From: Candidatus Avimonas faecium
GTDB taxonomy: Bacteria; Bacillota; Clostridia; Oscillospirales; Acutalibacteraceae
Length of the DNA: 64,000 nt
Direction: 5' to 3'
Assembly (NCBI GenBank): GCA_904419005.1
Contig: CAJFQI010000004.1
Location: 783 to 64,782, forward strand
This document shows positions 54,950-63,882 of the stretch, in pieces. The translations under genes and the position numbers were made by a program. Position 1 is the stretch's first letter. Each line of letters starts with the position of its first letter. A model generated the notes under the pieces. The model made no database searches and was not told where the DNA came from. It was given only the letters and a program-made list of their open reading frames with translations.

Positions 54950-55823
54950 CGCCTTTCGCCTCCGTTTCATTCAGGAAAATTTCTTCCAGCGACAGGGGGA
55001 AGCTCTCAAGCAGGGTGGGCTCCATCGCCCGCAGGGCGGCCTGCGTTTCATCCGGGTCGCCGCCGATGGTCACGGTGACGATGTTGCCCGCCTGGATGAA
55101 CTGCCGGCAGTCCAGCCCTGCGAAGTCCTCCCGGCTGACCGGCCGGCCAAAAACCAGCCGGTAGCGGGTCATGGTGTGGTGCAGCTCCCCCTCGTCCCCG
55201 GCAAAGGCCACCTGGTGGCGGTGCAGCAGCACGAACTGGTCGCAGAGGTTCTCCAGCTCCAGCAGGTTGTGGGAGGAGATCAGCACGCTGGCGCCGGTTT
55301 CCGCGATGTACTCCATCAGCAGCCGGCGGACCAGGTTGCGCTTGGCGGGGTCCAGCCCGTCGAAGGTTTCGTCCATCAGCAGGTAGCGCGGGCGGCAGGC
55401 CAGCGCGATCGCGATGTACGCCTGCCGCTGCATCCCCTTGGAATAGCCCATCAGCCGCTTGCGGGGGTTGAGCTCGAACAGGGCGATCAGCCGGTCGAAG
55501 GTCTCCTGCCGCCAGGCGGGGTAGAAGCCGGCGTAAAACCGGGCCATGGTCCGCGGGCTGGCCTGGGGCAGCCGGTAATATTCGTCCGGCAAAAAGAACA
55601 GGGACTGCCGCGCCGCCGGGTTGTCCCGGTGGCTTTTCCCATCCAATTGAATAGTGCCGCTGTCGGCCCGCAGGATGTCGGCAGCCAGACGCAGCAGGGT
55701 GGTTTTCCCCTCCCCATTGGGGCCGACCAGCCCGCAGAGGGAGCCCTCGCCGACCGTGAACGAGACGTCGTCCAGCACCTTCTGGCCGCCGAAGGCCTTG
55801 CAGACGCCCTGGATTTCGATCAT
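54924..55823 (-). CDS. ABC transporter ATP-binding protein
   Basis: Trimmed to ATG 55823. Walker A is GPNGEGKTT, the signature is YSKGMQRQ and Walker B is LLMDETFDGLD. Confidence 0.9.
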   Translation of the reverse strand: MIEIQGVCKAFGGQKVLDDVSFTVGEGSLCGLVGPNGEGKTTLLRLAADILRADSGTIQLDGKSHRDNPAARQSLFFLPDEYYRLPQASPRTMARFYAGFYPAWRQETFDRLIALFELNPRKRLMGYSKGMQRQAYIAIALACRPRYLLMDETFDGLDPAKRNLVRRLLMEYIAETGASVLISSHNLLELENLCDQFVLLHRHQVAFAGDEGELHHTMTRYRLVFGRPVSREDFAGLDCRQFIQAGNIVTVTIGGDPDETQAALRAMEPTLLESFPLSLEEIFLNETEAKGDDLTGLFG

Positions 55824-55848
55824 AGGTACCCTTCCTTTCTCGTGCGTT

Positions 55849-56250
55849 TTATTCCGCGGCATCTCCCTCGCCGGCCCGGCCGGAGGGGAGGCCCTGGTAG
55901 ACCTCGTCCACCACCCGCTTGGCCTCCTCCGCGCTCAGGCCGGCGGCGCGGGCCGCCTGCACCCCGTCGCGGAGCTGCTGCGCCGCTTTTTCCCGCAGGG
56001 CCGGGCTCTCGAGCGCCCGGTCCGCGACAAAGCAGCCCCGTCCGGCCAGGGTGTAGATTACGCCGGCGCTTTCCAGCTCGCCGAAGGCCTTTTTTACGGT
56101 GTTGAAGTTGAGGGACAGCTCGCTTGCCAAGGCGCGGATGGAGGGAAGCTGGGTGTGGGGCTGGAGCGCCCCCACCGCGATCAGCTCCATAATCTGGTTT
56201 TTGATTTGCTCATAGATGGCTACCCGGCTGCGGGGGTCGATGACCAGCAT
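55849..56250 (-). CDS. GntR-family (YtrA-subfamily-like, short) transcriptional regulator
   Basis: Trimmed to ATG 56250, giving 133 aa. VAIYEQIKNQI...LPSIRALASELSLNFNTVKKAFGELESAGVIYTLAGRGCFV is the GntR wHTH. Confidence 0.88.
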   Translation of the reverse strand: MLVIDPRSRVAIYEQIKNQIMELIAVGALQPHTQLPSIRALASELSLNFNTVKKAFGELESAGVIYTLAGRGCFVADRALESPALREKAAQQLRDGVQAARAAGLSAEEAKRVVDEVYQGLPSGRAGEGDAAE

Positions 56251-56267
56251 GGGCTGTCCTCCTTCCA

Positions 56268-56325
56268 AACTGTGCTATTAGTGATATCACAGTTGTATTG
56301 TAGCGCCGGCTCCCGGCTTTGTCAA
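56268..56325 (-). promoter_or_regulatory. consensus-like promoter plus palindromic operator of the GntR-ABC operon
   Basis: Minus strand: TTGACA (56320-56325), 17 nt, TACAAT (56297-56302). Just downstream are the inverted repeats AACTGTG (56268-56274) / CACAGTT (56288-56294) and the perfect palindrome GTGATATCAC (56281-56290). Confidence 0.6.
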
Positions 56326-56604
56326 GGGGGGATTGGGTAGAGTGCAAAATACCACATGATCGCTCGGCAACGGGCCGGGCCGGCGGGATGCAGGGCGGCG
56401 AACGCTTTTCGCCGCTTCCGGAGGTTCCCGGCCCGGCCTGGCCTCCGCGGGAGCGGGGCCAAGCCCGGGCAAAAAAAGCGCCGGCGCCGCGTACACAGAC
56501 GCAGCGCCGGCTGGAGGGGAGAATTGTACGTTTTTACACAGGCCTGTACGGCCGGCTTGCGCCGGGCCCCGGCATGGCCTTAAGCCGGGAGCCTTTGCCT
56601 GTAC

Positions 56605-57243
56605 CTACGCGCCCTTGCAGAGCTCGACCGCGACATCCGCGGCCGACGCCGCGTCGGCGGTATAGCGGTCCGCGCCGATCTGCTTGCAGAACGCCTCGGT
56701 CACCGGGGCGCCGCCCACCATGATCTTGACCTTGTCGCGGATGCCGGCCTTTTCGGCGGCCTCGACCACGTCCTTCATGACCGACATGGTGGTGGTCAGC
56801 AGCGCGGAGCAGGCGATGATCTGGCAGTTTTCGTTGATCGCGGTCTCCACATACTTCTCGGGCGATACATCGGTGCCGAGGTCGACAACCTCAATGCCCT
56901 TGCCTTCCATCATCATCTTGACCAGGTTTTTGCCGATGTCGTGCATGTCGCCCTTGACGGTGCCAAGGCAGACCTTGCCGACCGCCTCGTTGCCGCCCTC
57001 GGCGAGCAGGGGCTTCAGCAGCGCGGCGCCCATATTCATGGCGCGGGCGGCTACCAGCACCTCCGGCACGAAGACCTCGTTGTTCTTAAATTTTTCGCCG
57101 ATGACGCTCATGCCGCTGAGCAGGCCCTCGTCCAGGATCTGCTTGGCGGGCAGCCCTTCGTCAATGGCCTGCTGCACCAGTTCCTTGACGACCTTTGCCT
57201 TGCCCTTCTGCAGGTTTTCGCTGATGTCGTTCAGAATGCTCAT
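56605..57243 (-). CDS. cobalamin-binding corrinoid protein (methyltransferase-system type)
   Basis: 212 aa with a B12-binding cap domain and a Rossmann domain. DxHxxG appears as GDMHDIGKN, followed by SALLTTTM. Confidence 0.88.
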   Translation of the reverse strand: MSILNDISENLQKGKAKVVKELVQQAIDEGLPAKQILDEGLLSGMSVIGEKFKNNEVFVPEVLVAARAMNMGAALLKPLLAEGGNEAVGKVCLGTVKGDMHDIGKNLVKMMMEGKGIEVVDLGTDVSPEKYVETAINENCQIIACSALLTTTMSVMKDVVEAAEKAGIRDKVKIMVGGAPVTEAFCKQIGADRYTADAASAADVAVELCKGA

Positions 57244-58592
57244 TTTCCCAACCCTTTCCCACTTATTGGTTTGATTCTGCCTTTGGATTCTTTAAATTTA
57301 CACGGCGCGACGCCGGTCAATTTCTTGAAAACCTTGGTAAAATAGCTTTGATCCTCAAACCCGACGGCGTAGGCGATATCGACCAGCCGCAGGCTGCTGT
57401 TCAGCAGCAGCTCCTTGCTCTTCTCAATCCGCACGGTGTTCAGGTAGGTGTTGAAATTGCATCCCATCTCCTGCTTAAACACCTTGCTGAAATAGGAGGA
57501 GGACAGGTAAACGGAGGAGGCGACCTCCTCCAGGGAAATCTTTTTCGCATAGTTTTTCCGCACATACTGCACGGTCTTGTGGATCACGTCGACATGCTTG
57601 ACGTCGGCAAAGCGGAAGGCGCTGTCGGTAAAATTGTTGAGCGCGTCGGTCAGCCAGAAGCAGAGGTCCTCAATGGTGTCAATGGCGGTGATCTGCTTTA
57701 AATAACGGCGGCTCTGCTCAAAGGCGTAGTCGGGGTCGGCGCCCCCGTCAATCGAAGCGCGGGAAATCAGCACCAGCAGCTCATACACCCGCGCCTTGAT
57801 TTTATCGACGTTCCCGCCCGAAGCGAAGAATATATGGCCAAGCAGCTCGTTGAGGAGCTGCTGCGCCGTCGCCTTGTCCGATTCGGCGATGCTTTGGAGA
57901 AGGGCGTGCTCCTTTTCAAGCGGGTACCGGGGCGGGGCGTGCGGGTCCTCAAGCTTGAGCTGGGAGATGTAGTCGCTGATCTGCCCCTGGATGGCGTCCG
58001 CACCCTGGGTTTCCAGCATCCGGTTGCCCGCGGCGACGTTGTTTAAAAAACCCACCGCCATAAACAGCAGGGAGGACAGGTGGGTAACCCGTTCGGGATC
58101 AACATAGGGAAAGCGGTCCAGCATCTCGGAAGCGAGCCGGATCTGCTCCTCGTCCAGCTTGGCGGTTTCCCGCAGGTCAACGTTGATGTAATCGTCCCGG
58201 TCGACCATCAGGAAGGGGCCGGCCGTCACCTTGGCGAGCCCGGCCTCTTCCCCCATGATGGGGGAGACGAAGCAGGCCAGCCCCATCGGGCAGAAGTAGA
58301 TGTACTTCCCGCCGAACCGTTCCGCCTGCCGCATCCCGTACTGGTGGGCGTCCCGGCAGGCCGCCTTGGCGTCCGGGGTGCCCTTGGCAACGGAGCACAG
58401 CATACAGGAAGCGCAGCCGTACCCGATTTCGTGCAGGACGTTGCCCTGCAGGTCGGATACCGTGCAGGCAAGGCCGGTGGAGCCGGCAAAGGCGTTGGCG
58501 CATTCCACCGCCAGCTTTAGATTGAATTGCGCGATCGCGGCAATGGACCCAGTGTCTGCGGCGTTTTCGCCGGGGGAGGCATAGGCGGGCAT
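57240..58592 (-). CDS. PocR sensor domain + AraC-family HTH transcriptional regulator
   Basis: 450 aa. The N-terminus is Cys-rich and PocR-like (GYGCASCMLC...YIYFCPMGLACFVSP). The C-terminus has a double HTH (YLSSSYFSKVFKQEMG...IAYAVGFEDQSYFTKVFKK). ATGA overlaps the corrinoid protein gene. Confidence 0.8.
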   Translation of the reverse strand: MPAYASPGENAADTGSIAAIAQFNLKLAVECANAFAGSTGLACTVSDLQGNVLHEIGYGCASCMLCSVAKGTPDAKAACRDAHQYGMRQAERFGGKYIYFCPMGLACFVSPIMGEEAGLAKVTAGPFLMVDRDDYINVDLRETAKLDEEQIRLASEMLDRFPYVDPERVTHLSSLLFMAVGFLNNVAAGNRMLETQGADAIQGQISDYISQLKLEDPHAPPRYPLEKEHALLQSIAESDKATAQQLLNELLGHIFFASGGNVDKIKARVYELLVLISRASIDGGADPDYAFEQSRRYLKQITAIDTIEDLCFWLTDALNNFTDSAFRFADVKHVDVIHKTVQYVRKNYAKKISLEEVASSVYLSSSYFSKVFKQEMGCNFNTYLNTVRIEKSKELLLNSSLRLVDIAYAVGFEDQSYFTKVFKKLTGVAPCKFKESKGRIKPISGKGLGK

Positions 58593-59001
58593 GGCAACGA
58601 ACTCCTTCCTGCCGGAGCTCCAAAGAAGCGGGGAATCCCGCCGTTCTTTGGCATTATACCATCTGCTTTAGGGGATTCCTTGTACTTTCAAGCCTCTTTT
58701 TGTACATTTTCGTGCAGTTTCCCGATAAGGGCCGGGCAGGGCCGGCAGCCCGCCGGCGCTTTTTCTTCTGACCTAATTATATAGGGAAAAAAGAAAAATT
58801 ACAAACGGTGTATGCCGGGGACGCCGGAAAAAGTGCGGATTTCTACAAAAATCCATTGGAAATCACAAGTCTTTGGATGAACGGGGCGGTATAATGAACC
58901 CGATACGAAGACGCCGCCGGCCGGGCCCCGCCTCCGCGGGGACGCCGCGCCGGACGCCCTTCTTGACGGAGGGCGGGCCGTCAGAACGAGGAGGAACCAC
59001 G

Positions 59002-59577
59002 ATGCTGTCGGAGGAAGCGATGATGGACGCCGCTCTGCAGGGCGGCGCGGATAAGGCGGCGGTAATCGCCGTGGCGGATATCCCTTTCCGGCGGGCCTTC
59101 CGCGCGGCCTGCGAAGCCAATAGCTGCGGGAAATACGGCAAGTGCTGGACCTGCCCGCCCGACGTGGGGGAGATCGACGACCTGATCGCCCGTGCCCAGC
59201 GGTACGACCGCTGCCTGCTGTTCCAGTCGGTGTCCGGCCTTGAGGATTCCTTTGACATTGAAGGGATGCTGGAGGCGGGCCGGGCGCACAGCGCGCTCAC
59301 CCGGCGGGTCTGGGAAACGCTCAAGCCCCAGATGCCGGCCGATACCCTGATGCTTTCCGCCGGGGGCTGCGGCGTATGCGGGCGCTGCGCCAAGGAGGAT
59401 GATCTCCCCTGCCGCCACCCGGAGCTGGCGCTCGCCTCGCTGGAGGCTTACGGCATCGCGGTGTCGGAGATCGCGCCGCTCGGCGGGATGAAGTATATCA
59501 ACGGCGCGGATACGGTCACCTACTTCAGCGCCATGCTGTTTCACTCGCAGGAAGGGGGAGAAGCCGATGGCCGATGA
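59002..59577 (+). CDS. DUF2284-like metal-binding protein
   Basis: Trimmed to ATG 59002 behind GAGGAGG. The Cys motifs CEANSCGKYGKCWTCPP and GGCGVCGRC are as I remember them for DUF2284 proteins linked to corrinoid systems. Confidence 0.6.
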   Translation: MLSEEAMMDAALQGGADKAAVIAVADIPFRRAFRAACEANSCGKYGKCWTCPPDVGEIDDLIARAQRYDRCLLFQSVSGLEDSFDIEGMLEAGRAHSALTRRVWETLKPQMPADTLMLSAGGCGVCGRCAKEDDLPCRHPELALASLEAYGIAVSEIAPLGGMKYINGADTVTYFSAMLFHSQEGGEADGR

Positions 59578-61150
59578 AATCCTTGTGGAATGCGGCGGCG
59601 TACAGCGGGTATTCCCCTACGAGGGGCCGGTGCGCATCGCCGACCTGCTGGGGCTGCACCGGCTGCCGCTGGACCTGCCCTGCGGCGGGCGGGGGGTCTG
59701 CCGCCAATGCCGGGTGATCGCCCGCGGGGCGCTTTCCCCCCGGACGGAGGCGGAGGAGCAGGCCCTGACACCCCAGGAGAAGGAGCAGGGCGTCCGCCTG
59801 GCCTGCCTGACGATGGTTGAGGGGGCGGCTGAAATCGCGCTCCCCCCTTCCGCTGTGATGGAAGTGATTGAAGCGGCGGGGGACGCCCCGGATTATCCCC
59901 TTGACCCGCCCGGGGTGCCCGGCGGGGAAGGGGAATACGGCGCGGCGGTCGATATCGGCACCACCACCCTGGTGGTATCCCTTTATCGCCTGGGCGAAAA
60001 GGAACCCTTGGACACCCTCTGCCGCAAGAACCCCCAGACGGCGTTCGGCGCGGACGTCATCACCCGCATCGGCAAAGCCGTCGAGGGGGAGGGGCCGGCC
60101 TTGGCCGCCGCGGTTTCGGAGGCCCTGGACGGGATGCTGCGCGCGGCGGCGGCCCGCTGCCGGGTGGAGACGCCGGCCATCGCTTCGGCGGTGGTGACCG
60201 GCAACACCGCGATGCTCTACCTCCTCACGCGGGAGTCCCCCGAGCCGCTGTCCCATTCCCCCTTTACCCTGACCCGCCCGTTTGGGCAGGCCCTTCCCGC
60301 GTCGGCGCTGGGCCTTTCCGCGCTGGGGGAGGCCCCGGTCTATCTGCCCCGCTGCATGTCCGCCTTCGTGGGGGCGGACATCACCTGCGCGGTGCTGGCC
60401 GGGCAGGTGCTGGAGCAGGAGGGAACCACCCTGCTGGTGGACATCGGGACCAACGGGGAAATGGCGCTGAATGTCCAAGGGACGCTGTATTGCTGCTCCA
60501 CCGCTGCCGGCCCGGCCTTTGAAGGCGCGGGGATCCGCATGGGGGTCAACGCGGTGCGGGGCGCGGTGGACAGCGTGGCCTTTGAGGATGGCGAGCTCCG
60601 CTGCACCACCATCGGCGGTGCGGAGCCGGTGGGCATCTGCGGTTCGGGCCTGATTGACGCGCTGGCGGCGCTTTTGCAGGCCGGCGCGGTTGACGAAACC
60701 GGCGCGATTGTGGACGAGGGGCACCCCCTCGCCGGCCGCCTGACCGAGCTGGACGGCGAGCCGGCCATCCGCTTGGCCGGCCGGGTCCTGCTCACCCAGG
60801 AGGATATCCGCCAGGTGCAGCTGGCCAAGAGTGCGATCTGCGCCGGGCTGCGCACCCTGGTCGCCCATGCGGGGCTTGCGCCGGAGCAGGTGGACCGGCT
60901 GCTGATCGCGGGCGGCTTCGGCCGGCATATCCGGCTGGAAAACGCCGGGGCGATCGGGCTGATCCCGCCGGTGCTTTGCCAAAAGGCGCGGGCCATCGGC
61001 AATGCGGCGGTCACCGGGGCGGCTATGCTCCTGCAAAACCGCAGGTATCCGGCGCAGGCCGCCGCCTTTGCCCAAAAGGCCGTGACAGTGGAACTGGCGA
61101 CCAATCCCCAATTTATGGATTATTATGTCGAAGGGATGCTGTTCGAATAG
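59567..61150 (+). CDS. corrinoid activation/regeneration protein (RACo/RamA-like: 2Fe-2S ferredoxin domain + ASKHA ATPase, DUF4445)
   Basis: 527 aa. The N-terminal plant-type 2Fe-2S motif reads CGGRGVCRQCRV...LACL. The ATPase part has DIGTTTL and DIGTNGE phosphate motifs. The gene overlaps the preceding gene by 11 nt. Confidence 0.85.
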   Translation: MADEILVECGGVQRVFPYEGPVRIADLLGLHRLPLDLPCGGRGVCRQCRVIARGALSPRTEAEEQALTPQEKEQGVRLACLTMVEGAAEIALPPSAVMEVIEAAGDAPDYPLDPPGVPGGEGEYGAAVDIGTTTLVVSLYRLGEKEPLDTLCRKNPQTAFGADVITRIGKAVEGEGPALAAAVSEALDGMLRAAAARCRVETPAIASAVVTGNTAMLYLLTRESPEPLSHSPFTLTRPFGQALPASALGLSALGEAPVYLPRCMSAFVGADITCAVLAGQVLEQEGTTLLVDIGTNGEMALNVQGTLYCCSTAAGPAFEGAGIRMGVNAVRGAVDSVAFEDGELRCTTIGGAEPVGICGSGLIDALAALLQAGAVDETGAIVDEGHPLAGRLTELDGEPAIRLAGRVLLTQEDIRQVQLAKSAICAGLRTLVAHAGLAPEQVDRLLIAGGFGRHIRLENAGAIGLIPPVLCQKARAIGNAAVTGAAMLLQNRRYPAQAAAFAQKAVTVELATNPQFMDYYVEGMLFE

Positions 61151-61162
61151 CTGAAAATAAAC

Positions 61163-61195
61163 AATCGGTATATTTTCTGATAAAATATACCGATT
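61163..61195 (+). terminator. AT-rich perfect hairpin after the RACo gene
   Basis: Arm aatcggtatatttt, loop ctgat, arm aaaatataccgatt (14 bp). Confidence 0.5.
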
Positions 61196-61224
61196 ATATG
61201 CCCACAGAAGGGTGCAGAAGAGCG

Positions 61225-61269
61225 CAAAAACGGACGCCGAAGGGATCACCGGCTTGATCCCTTCGGCGT
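61225..61269 (-). terminator. rho-independent terminator of the 2-hydroxyacid dehydrogenase gene
   Basis: 15-bp stem acgccgaagggatca / tgatcccttcggcgt. On the minus strand it is followed by ccgTTTTTg. Confidence 0.7.
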
Positions 61270-61314
61270 TCGCCGTGATACTGTCATTGGGTGGGAAGGG
61301 GAGGCCCGGCCGGG

Positions 61315-62253
61315 TCAATACCCCTCCTCGCGGTCAACCAGATGGGAGAGGGGGCGGCCCTCCGCCAGCGCGCGCAGGTTGCCGGCAGCGATTTGGAAAA
61401 TCCGGTCCACGGTTCCCTCCGCGTGGTGGCCGCCCGACACATGCGGGGTAATCAGCAGGTTGGGCGCCCCCCAGAGGGGATGGCCCGCAGGCAGGGGCTC
61501 CGGCGCGGTCACATCCAGCCCCGCCCCGCCGAGCTTGCCGCGGCGCAGGCAGGCGTCCAGCGCATCGGAGTCCACCGCATCCCCCCGGCCGACGTTGAGC
61601 AGCACGGCGCCGTCCTTTAGGCGCTCCAGCCGTTCCGGGCCGAACAGCCCCCTCGTCTTTGGGGTGGAGGGAAGGCAGAGTGCGACGGCGTCGGCGTCCG
61701 GCAGCAGGGCGTCCAGCCGGCTGAGGGGGTAAAGCCCGTCCAAATACGCCGGGCAGTCCCCGGGGGTGCGCTTCACCCCCACCGCCTTCCCGCCCAGGGC
61801 ATGGAGCCGGCGGGCGAAGTTCCCGCCGATATCCCCCAGGCCGACCACCAGCGTGACCGATCCTGCGACCGTCCGCACCGTCCCCTCGTCCCGCCAAAGG
61901 CGGGCGCGCTGGTTTTCGCCGTAAGCCGGCAGACGCTTGTACAAGCTGAGCAGCATGGCCAGCAGGTGCTCCGCTATGGCGGGCCCGTACGCCCCCGCGG
62001 CATTGCAGAGCGGCACCGACGCGGGAAGGACGCCGCCCAAATACGGGTTCGCCCCCGCGGTTTCCAGCTGAAGCAGCCGCAGCCTTCCGGCCCCCGCCAG
62101 CAGGGTGGGAGCCGGGTTGCCGAAAATCACCTCCGCCTGCGCGATTTCCTCCGGCGTGGGGGCGGACGTGAAACGGAACGCCGCTTCCGGCACAGCCTGG
62201 CGCAGCATCGCATAGTGCGCCAGCGTCCCCTCGGTTAAAACCAAGACCTTCAT
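61315..62253 (-). CDS. D-isomer-specific 2-hydroxyacid dehydrogenase family protein
   Basis: 312 aa with NAD motif VGLGDIGGNFARRL and the catalytic-region pattern NVGRGDAVD...ITPHVSG. Confidence 0.88.
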   Translation of the reverse strand: MKVLVLTEGTLAHYAMLRQAVPEAAFRFTSAPTPEEIAQAEVIFGNPAPTLLAGAGRLRLLQLETAGANPYLGGVLPASVPLCNAAGAYGPAIAEHLLAMLLSLYKRLPAYGENQRARLWRDEGTVRTVAGSVTLVVGLGDIGGNFARRLHALGGKAVGVKRTPGDCPAYLDGLYPLSRLDALLPDADAVALCLPSTPKTRGLFGPERLERLKDGAVLLNVGRGDAVDSDALDACLRRGKLGGAGLDVTAPEPLPAGHPLWGAPNLLITPHVSGGHHAEGTVDRIFQIAAGNLRALAEGRPLSHLVDREEGY

Positions 62254-62314
62254 TGTAGGCAGCCTCTTTCTATACTATAAATAGAATATATAAATAATAT
62301 ACTGTAAGTTTATT

Positions 62315-63040
62315 CTATCCCCAGTGGCTGATATCCCCCTTTTGCAGCGCCCCGACCAGCCGGTCGGCCAGCGGCCCGTATTCGGCGGAAAGGCGGGCCA
62401 GCAGCTCCTTGGTCCGCTGCCGGTGGGTGCTGCCGTCCGCCGGGCAGCGGGATTTCACCACCGGGAGCCCCGCCCGGCGGACCGCGGAGCGGACCGCCGC
62501 CTCGTCCAGGAAGACCATCGGCCGGATCAGCCAGAGCCCGCGGCGGGAAAGGTAGGATTTCGGGGAGAAGCAGGCGGCGGTCCCTCCGGCGAAGAGGTTC
62601 ATCAGCAGGGTTTCGGCTGCGTCGTCCTTGTGATGGCCCAGCGCGACGGCGTTGCAGCCGCATTCCACAGCCATCCGGTGCAGCCCGCCCCGCCGCAGGC
62701 GCGCGCAGAGGCTGCACGGGTTGCGCTCCTTACGCTGTTCAAACACGACCTCGCCCAAGCGGGTGCGGCGGATCTCGTGGGGGATGCCCCACTGCCCGCA
62801 CAGGGCGGTGACGGCGGAATAATCGGTTTCCTGCCCTCCGAAGCACGGGTCCAATGTCAGCGCGGTCAGGGTGAAGGGGGAAGGGTAAAACCGGCGCAGC
62901 CGGGCCAGCAGCGCCAGCAGCAGGACGCTGTCCTTGCCGCCGGACACGCCGACCGCGATCCGGTCGCCGGGCTGGATCATGCTGTACCGCTCTACGGCGG
63001 CGCGCAGGGGGGCGAGCAGTTCCTCTAACGGGTCAGGCAT
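62315..63040 (-). CDS. PP-loop ATPase, TtcA-like tRNA 2-thiocytidine synthetase family
   Basis: Trimmed to ATG 63040 behind AGGAGG. The PP-loop is VSGGKDS, and the Cys motifs CSLCARLRRG and SRCP are present. Confidence 0.75.
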   Translation of the reverse strand: MPDPLEELLAPLRAAVERYSMIQPGDRIAVGVSGGKDSVLLLALLARLRRFYPSPFTLTALTLDPCFGGQETDYSAVTALCGQWGIPHEIRRTRLGEVVFEQRKERNPCSLCARLRRGGLHRMAVECGCNAVALGHHKDDAAETLLMNLFAGGTAACFSPKSYLSRRGLWLIRPMVFLDEAAVRSAVRRAGLPVVKSRCPADGSTHRQRTKELLARLSAEYGPLADRLVGALQKGDISHWG

Positions 63041-63348
63041 CGGCGGTTCCTCCTTGGGCGGCAAAAAGTAAGTGGCCGTAGGCAGCAGACGGCGGCTTAT
63101 GAAGGGAGCGGCCGCCTGCCGGCATAGCGGCGAAAGGTTGTCCTGTAGGGATTATAATACGGATCCCGGCCCGATGCAACGCCGCCCTGCGCCGCTCCCG
63201 AAGGAGAGCGCCAGGGCGGAGCGCTGCCTTGCTTTTAGGAGCCGGAGCAAAAAATGAAACGGCAGATGAGAAACAGAGCAAAAACGAGCAATTAAAAGAG
63301 AAATAGAGCGTGAATGGGCTGTAAATTAAAAAAACCGGCATTCCCCTA

Positions 63349-63378
63349 TTGACAGGCGGATTCCGGGTGTGGTATGAT
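63349..63378 (+). promoter_or_regulatory. sigma-A-type promoter of rplM-rpsI
   Basis: TTGACA (63349-63354), 18 nt, TGgTATGAT extended -10 (63373-63378). Confidence 0.55.
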
Positions 63379-63436
63379 CATACCCGCGTTAAAAAGACGA
63401 CGGAATTTCCGGAAAAGGAATATAGGAGGTAAAGCG

Positions 63437-63865
63437 ATGTCCACGTATATGGCCAAGGCGGGCCAGGTTGCCCGCAAGTGGTATATCCTTGACGCCGCCG
63501 GCAAGCCCCTGGGCCGTGTCGCCGCCCAGGCCGCTGTCCTGCTGCGCGGCAAGCAGAAGCCCGAATTTACCCCGCATGTGGATTGCGGCGACCATGTCAT
63601 CATCATCAACTGCAGCAAAGCGGTCCTGACCGGCAAGAAGCTGGAGCAGAAGAAGTGGTACCGCCACACCGGCTGGATCGGCGGCCTGAAGGAAGTCAAG
63701 TATTCCACCCTGATGGCGCAGCGCCCGGAAAAGGCGATGGAGCTTGCCGTGACCGGCATGATCCCGAGCAACACCATCGGCCGCGCTGCGTGCACCCGCC
63801 TTCGCGTCTATGCCGGCGCTGAGCATGCTCACGCCGCGCAGAAGCCCGAAGTTTACGAGTTTTAA
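63437..63865 (+). CDS. rplM: 50S ribosomal protein L13
   Basis: 142 aa after trimming ([29 protein letters not shown]...). AGGAGG SD lies upstream. Confidence 0.97.
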   Translation: MSTYMAKAGQVARKWYILDAAGKPLGRVAAQAAVLLRGKQKPEFTPHVDCGDHVIIINCSKAVLTGKKLEQKKWYRHTGWIGGLKEVKYSTLMAQRPEKAMELAVTGMIPSNTIGRAACTRLRVYAGAEHAHAAQKPEVYEF

Positions 63866-63882
63866 GGAAGGAGGCAATCAGG

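Noticed and set aside
58593-59001. A cobalamin riboswitch in the 400-nt intergenic region of the corrinoid module.
   Set aside because: I could not find a B12-box-like core (for example AGYCMGGAGACC / GCCACUG) on either strand. The region looks like divergent promoter DNA with a TATAAT at about 58897 and short inverted repeats (GGATTT-n6-AAATCC).
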